A stretch of 64,000 bases of DNA from Planctomycetota bacterium (GCA_027001995.1 JALTLO010000022.1:816-64815); one strand, 5' to 3'. Numbered from the stretch's first letter, positions 1 through 10,062 are shown. The notes: generated from the sequence alone by a model not told the origin. Numbers and translations are program-made.

Positions 1-1
1 G

Positions 2-547
2 GTTTGGTCCTCTGGAGGCAAAACCATGGACCAAATTGGCGAAGAGATTGAAGAGTTCTTAGGCACATTGGGCACGACATCAGCAAACTGTGCTGAAATT
101 ATCATCTACGATCACCACATCCCCGAGGCCGATATGCCTCGCCTCTACGCTGGGGCTGATGCATTCGTATTGCCCACGCGAGGAGAAGGCTGGGGACGGC
201 CAATCATGGAGGCCATGGCCAGTGGCGTCTTAGCCATTGCAACCAACTGGAGTGGTTGCACAGAGTTCATGACCAAAGAGAACTCCCTCCCTATCGATTT
301 CGAATTGGCTCCTTGTTCTGCCAAAGCGGTGTCCCAAGCAGCTTGGTTTGCTGGACACAATTGGGCCGAGGTTCATATCCCTCATCTCCAGTTCTTGATG
401 CGGTGTGTCGCTCGCGAGGTCCCATTGCTCAAGAAATTCGCAGCACAAGGCCGCCAAGACATCCTCACTCGCTTTGACCGTAAGGCTATCGGCGCGCAAC
501 TACGCCATCTCTTACTTGAACTTGCCGAGCAAAGAACCAGCAAGTGA
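2..547 (+). CDS. Glycosyltransferase family 1 (GT4-like), C-terminal fragment; 5' end lies upstream of the window
   Basis: The reading frame is open from nt 2. It contains the GT-B C-terminal motif EGWGRPIMEAMASGVLAIATNWSGCTEFM, which matches the E-x7-E signature of retaining GT4 enzymes. Confidence 0.7.
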   Translation, partial: VWSSGGKTMDQIGEEIEEFLGTLGTTSANCAEIIIYDHHIPEADMPRLYAGADAFVLPTRGEGWGRPIMEAMASGVLAIATNWSGCTEFMTKENSLPIDFELAPCSAKAVSQAAWFAGHNWAEVHIPHLQFLMRCVAREVPLLKKFAAQGRQDILTRFDRKAIGAQLRHLLLELAEQRTSK

Positions 548-680
548 TTCACCGAGCTAGCCCAGAACACTCTGGCGCAGCGAGGTCAAAACTCACGAAT
601 AGAACACCATCGCTTACATGGATAAACGGAAAAGCCCCGGCGATTTCAGCCTAGGCATAGCGCCCAACACCGTTCAAACT

Positions 681-2639
681 TTATCGGCTGTGGGCGAGCT
701 TCAAGGAAGAATAGATGGTTTCAGTCAACTCTGCGGCCCGATCCCAGTCACAAATCGCTTCGACTCTTTGCGCCAAGATTGACCGAGCCCGTTCGCGCAC
801 GTCCTTTTCCTTGATCGCCTGCAAAATAGCTTCACGGATGGAAACCCGATCACTGGGATCACAGTAATAAGGCGCATCGGCGAAATACTCAAATTCCGAC
901 GAACGGTTACTGACCACCATGGGACAAGCAGCAACAGCAGCTTCAAGATTGGCCAAGGCCGCACCCTCAGAGAAACTGGCAAGGACATGAACCGCAGCAG
1001 CCTTCATGGCCGAAGCCACAATAGCCTGGGGTTGTTTGCCCAAGAAATGAACTCTTGTGCTTGCCGTTTTCTGCACTGCCTCAAGATAATCAACCTCAAA
1101 AGCTGGCCCAATGAAGACAATGTCGAGATCTTGCTCTCGCAACGCTTCCACGACCATAAGCTGGTTCTTGCGACGATCTAAGGCACCAACACAGAGAACG
1201 AAGTCGCGAAGACCAAAGACCTTAATGAAAAGATCTTTCGTTGCCTCTCGAAACGGTTGGGCTTGGACGCCATGAGGAACAACACTGAAGGGAAACGACA
1301 TGGTTTTTGTCTGGCGATAAATGGTCGCCACTTCGTGTTGGCTTGTGACGCAAACGTGATCCACTTTCTTGAGCGCATCTGCAACGCGATCGAAGTAACC
1401 TGGATGGACCTCATTTGCTGCAAAACGGCTGAAATCCCCCAACTGCCCAAATCCACTCTCGTATTTTTGCCACATATCTTGCCGTTGATCCAAGGGCAAG
1501 CGTTGAATAGACATCAAGAAAGGACCAGCCCACATCAATTCACAAAGATCGAGGTAGATTGGCGACCATACGATGGGTGTTCCGGCCTGGTGAATGTGGT
1601 CAATTTGTTTCAACGACGTTTCAGGATTCCAAAGATTGAAACAATGGACCAAGTCATAGGACGAAGTATCCGGCCTGATGTCGTAGGTGACATCTACCTG
1701 GCAACCACGACGCTGCAATGCCTTACGTGTTTCATTCATGACAACAGCTGCCCCACCGTCATTGTCCACATCTTCTCGATAGGCGAACAAGACACGAAGC
1801 ACATAGGGATCACGTTCAGAAATCACAACTTCAGGGGCCGCTGGCTCTTGAGGCCGCCCCTTTTGCCCTTCGACCCAGTGCATAACCGCATCGTCCAGTT
1901 GACTATCTCGCAGCAACAAAGCCCCGGCTGCAATTCTCTCTCCTTGAGACCCTGGAAGAAAGGGAAGTACCATCACTTCGATCCCGGCGCTCAATGCACT
2001 TTCGATCCAGGGAGCTCCAACGTGGGTAATGAGCAAATCCGTACTCGCTAGAACTTCCTCAATAGCGCCAGAGACGAAACGAGGCACTTTGACTCCCAAG
2101 TCAAGAGACCATTGACAAAATGACTCCCGCAACGCAGATTCATCGACTAAGCCAGTGCGGTTGACACGTTCTTCTGGGTCAGGCCGCAAGTGCATCTGAA
2201 CAGAATTACCGACTGCCTCAGCCATGACCATGAGTCGTCTTTGAAGCGCAATCGAGCGGCGGGCCAGATCTCCGTGCAACTCACCATGGGTTATGGGGTG
2301 CGCTGGAGCATATAGAATCGTCAAAGGCGAACAGGCATTCCGATCCTTGGGTAAGACCTCACGGGGTGCAGCCGCTGCAAAGCGTAGGTCTGGAAACCCC
2401 GTCGTCCCGGAGTTGTTGGGGGGGCAGAACTGGTGGAGAGCGGCCTCATAGAGCTCTGGCATGATATCCTGATCTTCCCCACAATGAGGGCAATGATGCT
2501 TTCCCATGGGAACACCACAGACCAGATACTGTTGGCTCGAAAACGTGCCATCACAACGGCCGCAGCGAATCTCCAAGTCGGCACCTGTGCCCCTTGGGCT
2601 AAGTCGGGTGATGCTTGGCCGGAATTTTGTACAAGGCAT
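681..2639 (-). CDS. Glycosyltransferase (GT4-like) with N-terminal zinc-ribbon segment
   Basis: The GT1 C-terminal motif FSEGAALANLEAAVAACPMVVSN is present. The N-terminus carries Cys pairs (CGRCDG ... CPHCGED) resembling a zinc ribbon. The listed ORF starts at a GTG at 2702. The ATG at 2639 is preceded by GGGAG at -8, so I use 2639 as the start. Confidence 0.65.
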   Translation of the reverse strand: MPCTKFRPSITRLSPRGTGADLEIRCGRCDGTFSSQQYLVCGVPMGKHHCPHCGEDQDIMPELYEAALHQFCPPNNSGTTGFPDLRFAAAAPREVLPKDRNACSPLTILYAPAHPITHGELHGDLARRSIALQRRLMVMAEAVGNSVQMHLRPDPEERVNRTGLVDESALRESFCQWSLDLGVKVPRFVSGAIEEVLASTDLLITHVGAPWIESALSAGIEVMVLPFLPGSQGERIAAGALLLRDSQLDDAVMHWVEGQKGRPQEPAAPEVVISERDPYVLRVLFAYREDVDNDGGAAVVMNETRKALQRRGCQVDVTYDIRPDTSSYDLVHCFNLWNPETSLKQIDHIHQAGTPIVWSPIYLDLCELMWAGPFLMSIQRLPLDQRQDMWQKYESGFGQLGDFSRFAANEVHPGYFDRVADALKKVDHVCVTSQHEVATIYRQTKTMSFPFSVVPHGVQAQPFREATKDLFIKVFGLRDFVLCVGALDRRKNQLMVVEALREQDLDIVFIGPAFEVDYLEAVQKTASTRVHFLGKQPQAIVASAMKAAAVHVLASFSEGAALANLEAAVAACPMVVSNRSSEFEYFADAPYYCDPSDRVSIREAILQAIKEKDVRERARSILAQRVEAICDWDRAAELTETIYSSLKLAHSR

Positions 2640-2814
2640 GTTGATCGCTCCCACGGTTCTTCTTGCATAATTATCGACCGCTGGGAGCCGAGACTTGAAC
2701 ACCCAAATGGGTATTCAAGAGTATTGAGTCTATTTGAAGCAGACCTTAGCCCAACTCATTCACAATCGCCTTGCTGGGACAGCGTGGGTGAACTGCTCGG
2801 CTTAAACCATCAAG

Positions 2815-3777
2815 TCAGGAGGCAAGCTCACGGGTCTTCGTGAGAGACGACATAACTTCTTGGATCCCTTGTGGGACCGTCCTGGTGATCTCAAAACCCA
2901 GTGTTTTTTTGATTCGGTCAAAACTGACACGATAGTCGCGAGGATCTTCGTCTTTCTTGACGCGCTCGATCTCAAGCTCGCCCCCGACAGCGTCGCAAAT
3001 CATTGAAACCAACTGCCCCTTCTTATAGTTCTCGGAAGTATCACCGACGTTGAATACCTCTCCGCCCACGTCTTCAGCAGGAGCTTCCAAAGCCAACAGA
3101 ATAGCCCGGGCCGCATCATGAACATGAACATAAGGACGCCAGAATTGCTCGCCATAAACCACAAGCTCTCGGTCTTGCAAGAGATCTCGGGTGAACTCAT
3201 TCACCGTGAGGTCAAAGCGCATCCGCGGCGATGTGCCAAATAAAGTGGCAAACCGCAGAAGGATAGGCATACCTGTTGGTGGCAGACCATGCTCACACTT
3301 GGCCAAAAGATACTGCTCAAACTCGACTTTCGACCGAGCGTACAAAGAGACTGGCCGAAGCTCAGATTTTTCGTTCACATACCCCGTAGCGTCAAGCATG
3401 CGGCCGTAATTGCTGCAAGTCGAAGCAAAGAGAAAACGCTTCACATCAGCAGACACGGCTAAACTATGGAGCTGGATTGAGGCATCAAAATTGACTTCCT
3501 GAGCCAATTCTGGCTCTTTCGCACAGGCGGGATCACCAACAATTCCAGCCAAATGAACCACAGCGTCGATGCCGCACAAGGCGGAACCAACCACATCCAC
3601 ATCGCGAATGTCGCCTTCGATGAATTCGAATTCTTTGACTGTTGCAAGATCACTCAGATGATCCTGCGGACCATGAAGCAAACTATCCAACACGCGAACT
3701 TCATGCTGCTCATTCAAGAGGTGACGCGTGAGGACACTGCCCAAGTAACCTGCGCCGCCGGTGATCAATACGTGCAC
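2815..3777 (-). CDS. NAD-dependent epimerase/dehydratase (extended SDR), candidate nucleotide-sugar 4,6-dehydratase or epimerase of the nonulosonate pathway
   Basis: It has the Rossmann motif ITGGAGYLGS and the catalytic YxxxK (YARSK). The likely GTG start at 3777 overlaps the stop of the upstream gene by 1 nt, with GGGGGAAAG just upstream. The tool's TTG start is at 3792. Confidence 0.8.
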   Translation of the reverse strand: MHVLITGGAGYLGSVLTRHLLNEQHEVRVLDSLLHGPQDHLSDLATVKEFEFIEGDIRDVDVVGSALCGIDAVVHLAGIVGDPACAKEPELAQEVNFDASIQLHSLAVSADVKRFLFASTCSNYGRMLDATGYVNEKSELRPVSLYARSKVEFEQYLLAKCEHGLPPTGMPILLRFATLFGTSPRMRFDLTVNEFTRDLLQDRELVVYGEQFWRPYVHVHDAARAILLALEAPAEDVGGEVFNVGDTSENYKKGQLVSMICDAVGGELEIERVKKDEDPRDYRVSFDRIKKTLGFEITRTVPQGIQEVMSSLTKTRELAS

Positions 3778-4823
3778 TAGTCTTTCCCCCAACCATTTCT
3801 CGCTCGGCTTCGACCAAGATCGTTGATGGCTTTAGCCACTCTCTGGCGGCCGCCTCCATCAATAAATCTCCTGCCGGCTTTCGCCATGCCAATCCTGATG
3901 TTCGGGTCGCATGCTGTTGCAACCAGTCCCACCAATTCCCGGCGAAGGCAATCCTCTTCGGCGGAGGATACAGCTTGCGCCGCTCCAACCGCCACCAACG
4001 CTTCCGCGACATCTACTTCATGAGCTGCGGTGGGCACCAAAACACAGGGTGTTCCAGTCACCGCAAGTTCGTAAGCCGTTCGGCCAGCAGCCGAAACGAC
4101 AAGGTCAGCCGCTACCATGAGTATCGACAAATCCGGTACATTTTCTTGCACCCGAACCTGGGTTTTCATCCGAAAATGTGCGTTTTCTACCACTGTGGCC
4201 TTGGCGAAAGCCGGCCCCTGCACCACAGTAATATGCTCTCCTATACCATTTTCTACCAAAGAGTTAGCGACTATGGGAGTAAAACCCCGGGGGTCTGCCC
4301 CCCCCATGGTCACCAAAATCTCTTTGACCGGCCCGGTCTTGGCACGGCTATTTCGTTTCTTGTCGAAGTCAGAACCCAGAATTGCGTATCGGGGCCCCAA
4401 CAATTGTCGACCAATTTCCCCAGCATAGACATGATTGCTCTGAATGAGGCTGCCGTTCACCAAGAGATCCGCCCTCAAGGTTTTCTGCCCCAGGTCATCG
4501 AGAATCACAACAATGACCCCCATTTGCTGAAGCTGCTGTGTTATCCCTTCCGGTGTTTGGAGCAAGTCGAAAACAACCACATCAGGCTTCAGTGCTTGCA
4601 TGGCTGCGAGTTCCTCATGGGCAGAGGCTGATTCGCTCAACACAGTGACTTGAAAGTCCCGCCTACGAATGAAGTCATTCCCCGCCTGCTCCTCCCGCAT
4701 AAGAAAAAGAGACTCAGCTCCGTAGAACTTCATCTCTTCTGCCAAAGCCAGGCATCGAAACGCATGGCCCATGGCGACATGGAGTATTTGACCAGCATCA
4801 ACACGAAAGAGAATTCGAGTCAT
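3777..4823 (-). CDS. pseG: UDP-2,4-diacetamido-2,4,6-trideoxy-hexose hydrolase, PseG-like (GT-B fold, MurG-related)
   Basis: The N-terminus MTRILFRVDAGQILHVAMGHAFRCLALAEE matches the PseG-family signature (LFR-D, GxGHxxRcLaLA). The C-terminal half resembles a GT-B fold. The start is an ATG. Confidence 0.7.
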   Translation of the reverse strand: MTRILFRVDAGQILHVAMGHAFRCLALAEEMKFYGAESLFLMREEQAGNDFIRRRDFQVTVLSESASAHEELAAMQALKPDVVVFDLLQTPEGITQQLQQMGVIVVILDDLGQKTLRADLLVNGSLIQSNHVYAGEIGRQLLGPRYAILGSDFDKKRNSRAKTGPVKEILVTMGGADPRGFTPIVANSLVENGIGEHITVVQGPAFAKATVVENAHFRMKTQVRVQENVPDLSILMVAADLVVSAAGRTAYELAVTGTPCVLVPTAAHEVDVAEALVAVGAAQAVSSAEEDCLRRELVGLVATACDPNIRIGMAKAGRRFIDGGGRQRVAKAINDLGRSRARNGWGKD

Positions 4824-4867
4824 CCTTCAAACGAACCTTGCGTCACAGTTATCATGAACAAAAACGG

Positions 4868-5635
4868 TTAGTTTCCAGAGCGCATTCTCTGCCAATCTTC
4901 AGTGGCGAAGTTTTGCTCAACGTCAGCATTGACCACGAACATTTCCGGCATTTCATGAGCCAAGGATAACACCTCGCCCAGGTTAAGAGGACTATTGCGC
5001 CGGCTCAATTCATCTTCAACTTCCCGGATCAACTCCAGGTCCACATCGGTGTCGATGGTCAGCCGCAAGTGATCTTGATGAAGATGATCGGGGGCTGCTA
5101 GACGTCCAAAGCAGAACTTCTCCGGATGTTTCGTGATATAGGCGTTGATGTGTTCACGTTCATTGGGACCCTTTGCCTCTTTTTCAGCACGGGCCAGAGC
5201 GGTTGCAGAAAATACTCCAACGTCAGCCCCTAGTGGCAAACCAGGCATCCAGGCGTAGTCCACGTTTTCCCGTTGTGCAAAAGACACAAGATATTCGATG
5301 ATCTTTGGATCAACCAAGGGATTGTCGCCGTATGCCACCACAACGGACTGGCAGCCAGAATTCTTCACCGCCTCTGATACGCGCCCCAAGACATCGTCGC
5401 ATGAGCCGCGAAAAACACGAATTCCCAAGCCTTTGGCAATCTCCACCAACTCGTCATCAGAAGACTTTGTTGTGGTGGCAAGAATCACCTCATCAAGGAA
5501 ACGGACCTGCTTCATCTGCCGAATAACACGCTCAATCAATGGTCGCCCGCCGATGTCGGCCAGAGCTTTTCCTGGCAGGCGAGTCGAGTCATAACGCGAG
5601 ACAATAACACCAGCGGTTGTTCCATTTTCAATCAT
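4868..5635 (-). CDS. CMP-nonulosonate cytidylyltransferase (CTP_transf_3 family, SpsF/PseF/NeuA-like)
   Basis: The N-terminus IVSRYDSTRLPGKALADIGGRPLIERVI resembles SpsF and acylneuraminate cytidylyltransferases. Its ATGA start overlaps the stop of the upstream synthase gene. Confidence 0.75.
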   Translation of the reverse strand: MIENGTTAGVIVSRYDSTRLPGKALADIGGRPLIERVIRQMKQVRFLDEVILATTTKSSDDELVEIAKGLGIRVFRGSCDDVLGRVSEAVKNSGCQSVVVAYGDNPLVDPKIIEYLVSFAQRENVDYAWMPGLPLGADVGVFSATALARAEKEAKGPNEREHINAYITKHPEKFCFGRLAAPDHLHQDHLRLTIDTDVDLELIREVEDELSRRNSPLNLGEVLSLAHEMPEMFVVNADVEQNFATEDWQRMRSGN

Positions 5636-6639
5636 GATGGGCTCCCTTGGCCAACGAGATCTAGGTTTAATTCTTGGTTCTTTTCAATGTCCACCTGAGC
5701 CACTTCCCCAACTACAAGAGCGCGCTGCCACGGTGCCAACTGAGCTTCTGGCCGAACACAAGACACCATGGCATCTGTGATCACTGTACCCTTGGCAATA
5801 GGACCGCTGGCGAAAAGCCCACGGCGATAAAGACGACTTTCCGCACGGTCCGGGCGGCTCTCGTCCACGCAAGCAGAACCCAAAGCGGCTTCAATCACAC
5901 GGATTCCTCGCACCATGCTGGCCAACTCTTCTGGGTCCTGGGACATAGCATGGTCCGGACCAGGCAGAGACTTGTCTGTAGTGAAATGTTTTTCAATGAC
6001 ACAAGCGCCCAAGGCAATGGCCCCGAGAACAACATCGTTGCCTAAGACATGATCACTCCAACCAACATGGGTCCCGAACTCTTCGGCCATCCACGTCATT
6101 GAGCGCAGATGAACATCTTTGGGGTCAGTGGGATACTTCGAAATACAATGCAGGAGAACAACATCATGACAGCCCCCTTCGGCCAGTGCTTCTAAAGCTT
6201 CATTGATCTCCCCATCAGTCGCCATGCCCGTAGACACAATGACTGGCTTACCCTTGGACGCCACATGACGCAAGAGAGGGAGATTCGTTAGGTCCATCGA
6301 AGCAATCTTGAAAGCCGGAGAGCCCAATTCGTCAAGCATGTCGACGCTCCCGGTGTCATAAGGCGTTGACAAGAAATGTACGCCCAACTCTCTGGCGCGA
6401 TTCGCCAGTGTCACATGGGCATCACGATCCAATTCACCATGGCGAATGACATCAAAATGGGCGACAGAGTCCAACACCAATTGATTGGCATGATAGGTCT
6501 GAAACTTAACAGCGTTTGCACCAGCGGCGGCTGCGGCCTCGATCATTTCAATGGCGAGATCCAACTTGCCTTCGTGGTTGAAGCCAATTTCTGCGATCAC
6601 GTAGGCTTGGCTGCCAATTTCAAATTCAGCAATATTCAT
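5632..6639 (-). CDS. N-acetylneuraminate/pseudaminate synthase family (NeuB/PseI-like) with C-terminal SAF domain
   Basis: The motif NIAEFEIGSQAYVIAEIGFNHEGKLDLAIEMIEAAAAAGANAVKFQTY is a NeuB signature, and the C-terminus has a SAF-like segment. The listed 432-aa ORF is over-extended. The in-frame ATG at 6639 (MNIAEFEIG) lies 20 nt downstream of the preceding gene's stop at 6659. Confidence 0.85.
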   Translation of the reverse strand: MNIAEFEIGSQAYVIAEIGFNHEGKLDLAIEMIEAAAAAGANAVKFQTYHANQLVLDSVAHFDVIRHGELDRDAHVTLANRARELGVHFLSTPYDTGSVDMLDELGSPAFKIASMDLTNLPLLRHVASKGKPVIVSTGMATDGEINEALEALAEGGCHDVVLLHCISKYPTDPKDVHLRSMTWMAEEFGTHVGWSDHVLGNDVVLGAIALGACVIEKHFTTDKSLPGPDHAMSQDPEELASMVRGIRVIEAALGSACVDESRPDRAESRLYRRGLFASGPIAKGTVITDAMVSCVRPEAQLAPWQRALVVGEVAQVDIEKNQELNLDLVGQGSPS

Positions 6640-6658
6640 AGTTATTTCTTTCGTGGGT

Positions 6659-7990
6659 TTATTCCCGCCACACGCCTCCTTGCCATTCCATGTTTTCCAT
6701 GTCCCAGTCGTCTGGAACCCATTCGGCGCCGTGCTTTTCAACGCCATGTCGGCAGTAGTCACATCCCCGCAATTGACAGCGACGATTGTCTTGATGAATC
6801 TTACGGATCTGATTGAGTTTCTTTGACTGCCAAGCGTCCGCGATTGTTGTCTCAGGGTTCTTGACAGTACGCCAGACACCGTCTTCCCCGCGCACCTTCT
6901 TTTCATTCGTACCAAGGTAGCGGCCGACAACTAAGTTCTGCTCTTCGTTGTGAGCGCCGGTGCAGGGCAAAAGAACACCGTTGGCTGAAAGAGTGAGTCT
7001 TTGGAAGGGATACTGGCAAGCCCAGTCGTCTAGAACCACATCATCCGGCAAGTCATCTTCGCGAAAATCCAAGAGTTCATTTACCGTAATCCAGCCCACA
7101 CCAGCTTTCTTCATGAAGTCATGATAGGCCTGGGGGTCTTTGGCGATAGCGGGATAAATCGTGTTTGTGCGGATCTGGGGCCGTGTCTTACCAGCGGCAT
7201 CTCGTGCGGCTACAAGTCGCTTGATGTTGCTGGCGACCACCTCGAAGGCATCATAGTCCGTGCCTTCTTTGTTCTTCGGCGTACGAATCTTGTTGTAGAC
7301 TGTGTTAAGACCATCAACAGAGAAGCTAATCCAGCTAGGCTCGGCTTCCACAAGAGCCCCTATCATCTCGTCGTCAAGAAGCTGGCCATGAGTGAGAGAG
7401 GTAATCTCCAAGATCCCCTTCTCCCGGGCATATTTCAAAACATCCGGAAAACGAACTTCTTTGCCATCTTCGTCCCGCCCGCGATACATGGATGATTCAC
7501 CACGCCAACTAAAGAGCATCGACGGAACATCCAAGCTGGCGCATTCATCGATGGCCGCCTTCACCACGGGCCAAGGCAACATCCTTTGGGCTCCAACGGC
7601 TGCATCCTGAAACTCCTCCGTCATGGTGTAGCACATGCTACAGCCCAAATTGCAAGTGCTCACAAGTTCAACAGTGACGGCCAGAGGCTGAGGACCGGGA
7701 TCAAACTCCTTGGCCCTACGATACCACTCAGACCGATAGTGATCGTAGCGCTGGCGTTCTTTGATTGTTGGAAATTGGGCGTGGAGGAAAGCCTCCTCGC
7801 GACTCATCGTATCGAAACTGAATTGAGAAGCATTCACTGGGACTTGGTCCTTGTGCCCCTGCCAGTCCTTCTTGAGCTGTTCTTCTCGCGGTCGAATCGA
7901 CGTTGTGCTGCGCGGCATTTCTTTCCCCAGTTGGCCCCAAGTAACCATGACCTCGATCTCATGAATGAGCCCCGAAAGGTGCATATTCAT
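6659..7990 (-). CDS. Radical SAM enzyme with C-terminal SPASM-like Cys cluster
   Basis: It has the CxxxCxxC motif (STCNLGCSMCYT) and a C-terminal Cys-rich tail (CQLRGCDYCRHG). Alternative starts lie at 7948 (MVTWGQ) and 7807. The first 14 codons of the listed ORF are made up of one copy of the CGATCTCATGAATGAG repeat. Confidence 0.75.
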   Translation of the reverse strand: MNMHLSGLIHEIEVMVTWGQLGKEMPRSTTSIRPREEQLKKDWQGHKDQVPVNASQFSFDTMSREEAFLHAQFPTIKERQRYDHYRSEWYRRAKEFDPGPQPLAVTVELVSTCNLGCSMCYTMTEEFQDAAVGAQRMLPWPVVKAAIDECASLDVPSMLFSWRGESSMYRGRDEDGKEVRFPDVLKYAREKGILEITSLTHGQLLDDEMIGALVEAEPSWISFSVDGLNTVYNKIRTPKNKEGTDYDAFEVVASNIKRLVAARDAAGKTRPQIRTNTIYPAIAKDPQAYHDFMKKAGVGWITVNELLDFREDDLPDDVVLDDWACQYPFQRLTLSANGVLLPCTGAHNEEQNLVVGRYLGTNEKKVRGEDGVWRTVKNPETTIADAWQSKKLNQIRKIHQDNRRCQLRGCDYCRHGVEKHGAEWVPDDWDMENMEWQGGVWRE

Positions 7991-8092
7991 GCGGTTCCAC
8001 GATTTGAGTTATCGGCGGCTTCAGCATGAATATTCAGTAGAATCGAGAAAGAAGATGAGGCGGCTGGAGAAAAGGCGTTTTGTGGTGCCAAA

Positions 8093-8721
8093 TTAGGCCA
8101 AATAGCGGATAACCTGAAAACACTCCACAGCCCTCAATCCGAAGGCGCGAGCATCCCTTTCATTCGCCAGGAGTATTTCTTCAACCAAAGCTGAAAGCCC
8201 TCTGCCGATCTCAGAATCATGGGCCAAGCAAGCTGCCTTTTTCTGCTCAAAGGACTCCGAAATATCTCGAATCAAGCGCCCGTCAAAAACCACAGATCCG
8301 GGATAGAGATTGCTACGATAGCAAAGAAACGTGGGTATATGCCGGCAAGCTGAAAGAGATGCACGGGCCAAGTTGTGATGATCAAGGTGAACATCCCCCA
8401 GCCAATGCCCATAGACAATATCCGGCTTCCATTGGTCGACTAAGCCCCGAATCGCCACAACCAAGGCCTCGTCACAAGCCAAATTGTTGGTTTCGAATTC
8501 TCCGCAGACAAGCTTCTCTACCCCCAGAATTTTGGCAGCAGCCTCTCCTTCGGCCCGGGCAACTCCCGCATCCCGAAGGGACTTCCCATTGAGACCGACG
8601 TAACCTGAATGGGTAGCCACAAACACGGCCACCTGGTCACCATCGGCTGTGTGTTTGGCCAAACTGCCACCGCAGCCAATCTCCACGTCGTCAAAATGTG
8701 CGCCAATGGCGAGTATTCTCA
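8093..8721 (-). CDS. PIG-L/LmbE family N-acetyl-sugar deacetylase
   Basis: MRILAIGAHFDDVEIGCGGSL matches the AHPDDE-type motif, and downstream His and Asp residues are present. The listed ORF carries a 22-aa N-terminal extension from a TTG start. The ATG (MRIL) is the likelier start. Confidence 0.8.
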
Positions 8722-8913
8722 TAGATTTCTCGTTGCTTTCCTCTTTGAGAATCGGGCTTTCAACCAAATAGCATGAATGAAAACCCAAGTTAGGAGCGAA
8801 TTTAGCCGACTAATTATGCATGGGGGCGACATGGAACACCCCGTTTGGGCTCATTCCTGGGCCACTGATATGTGCTATCCTACTGAGGATAAACAGCTTG
8901 TGAAGGAGCCCCT

Positions 8914-10062
8914 ATGTGGAAGGTACCCCTGTTTGACAGCAGCATCGGAGCTGAGGAGAAAGACGCCGTCTTGGCCGTTCTCGACTCTGGCTGGCTAACC
9001 ATGGGCCCCATTACCCAGGACTTTGAGCGGCGTTTCGCCGCTCACATCGGAGCCGAGCATGGCATCGCTGTCGCCAATGGCACCGCAGCTCTGCACATGA
9101 GTTTGGTGGCCTGTGACATCCAAGAAGGCGACGAAGTTATCTGTCCTTCCCTCACTTTCTCCGCCACGGCCAATGCAATTCTCCATGCGGGGGGTACGCC
9201 AATTTTTGCCGATGTCGCAAGCGAACTCAGCCTCAACATTTCTGCTGAGACGATCAAGCCCAAGATCTCGCCGATGACGAAAGCGATCTTAGTCGTCCAT
9301 TACGCTGGCTATCCATGCGACATGCCAGCCATCAATGCCCTGGCCGATGAGTATGGCCTCAAAGTTATCGAAGATGCAGCCCATGCCCCGGGTGCCCATT
9401 GGCAAGGCAAGTCTTGTGGAACTTTTGGTGCAACTGGCTGCTTTAGCTTCTACAGCAACAAGAACATGACCACCGGGGAAGGTGGCATGATTACTACCAA
9501 CGATGCTGAGCTGGCCGATCAATTGAGATTGCTACGCTCCCACGGCATGACGACGAGCACCAGCGATCGTCACAGCGGTAAGGCCCGTAGCTATGATGTA
9601 ACCACATTGGGATTCAACTACCGTATTGATGAGATTCGTAGTGCTATTGGTCGTTGCCAATTGGAGAAGCTCAAGGTGCGCAACCAAAAGCGAGCAACCC
9701 TCGACCAACTCTATCGCCAGCTTCTTACCGATGTAGAGGAAATCGTCGTCCCATTCGACTCAAATGTAGCATCAAATGGTTCCTCCTGCCACGTCATGTC
9801 AACAATTCTAAAAGCTGACTTAGGTGTTTCGGCTTTCCGTCAGTCGCTCAAGGAATCGGGTGTGCAAACAAGCCATCATTACCCGGCGATACACTTGCTT
9901 GCATGGTATCGCCAGACCTTCGGATACCAGGGTGGTCTATTGCCAATCACCGAGTCTGTATCGGAATCTCAGGTGACCCTTCCTCTCTATCCTCAGATGA
10001 CGGAAGAGATGGTAGAAATCGTTGTTGAGGCCATAAAATCTGCTTTGGTACGGAGTCATTAG
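8914..10062 (+). CDS. DegT/DnrJ/EryC1/StrS-family PLP-dependent sugar aminotransferase (PseC/LegC-like)
   Basis: The N-terminus (GPITQDFERRFA...AVANGTAALH) and the PLP-lysine region SFYSNKNMTTGEGG are present. An AAGGAG Shine-Dalgarno sits 6 nt upstream of the ATG. Confidence 0.85.
   Translation: MWKVPLFDSSIGAEEKDAVLAVLDSGWLTMGPITQDFERRFAAHIGAEHGIAVANGTAALHMSLVACDIQEGDEVICPSLTFSATANAILHAGGTPIFADVASELSLNISAETIKPKISPMTKAILVVHYAGYPCDMPAINALADEYGLKVIEDAAHAPGAHWQGKSCGTFGATGCFSFYSNKNMTTGEGGMITTNDAELADQLRLLRSHGMTTSTSDRHSGKARSYDVTTLGFNYRIDEIRSAIGRCQLEKLKVRNQKRATLDQLYRQLLTDVEEIVVPFDSNVASNGSSCHVMSTILKADLGVSAFRQSLKESGVQTSHHYPAIHLLAWYRQTFGYQGGLLPITESVSESQVTLPLYPQMTEEMVEIVVEAIKSALVRSH

Noticed and set aside
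1257-2051. Long antisense ORFs inside large genes (for example 1257-2051, 3975-4631, 25704-26141, 26403-26819, 7586-8029)
   Set aside because: They lie opposite or out of frame to genes with clear homology. They have no RBS and a biased composition. They are typical shadow ORFs.
6640-6930. The 97-codon N-terminal extension of the listed 432-aa NeuB ORF
   Set aside because: The extension overlaps the end of the radical SAM gene and has no domain. NeuB homology begins at the in-frame ATG at 6639 (MNIAEFEIG), 20 nt after the upstream stop. I treat it as a readthrough artefact of ORF calling.
8722-8788. The 22-aa N-terminal extension of the PIG-L ORF from a TTG start
   Set aside because: Family homology (MRILAIGAHFDDVE) begins at the internal ATG. 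The ORF table evidently allows TTG, GTG and CTG starts. I prefer the ATG.
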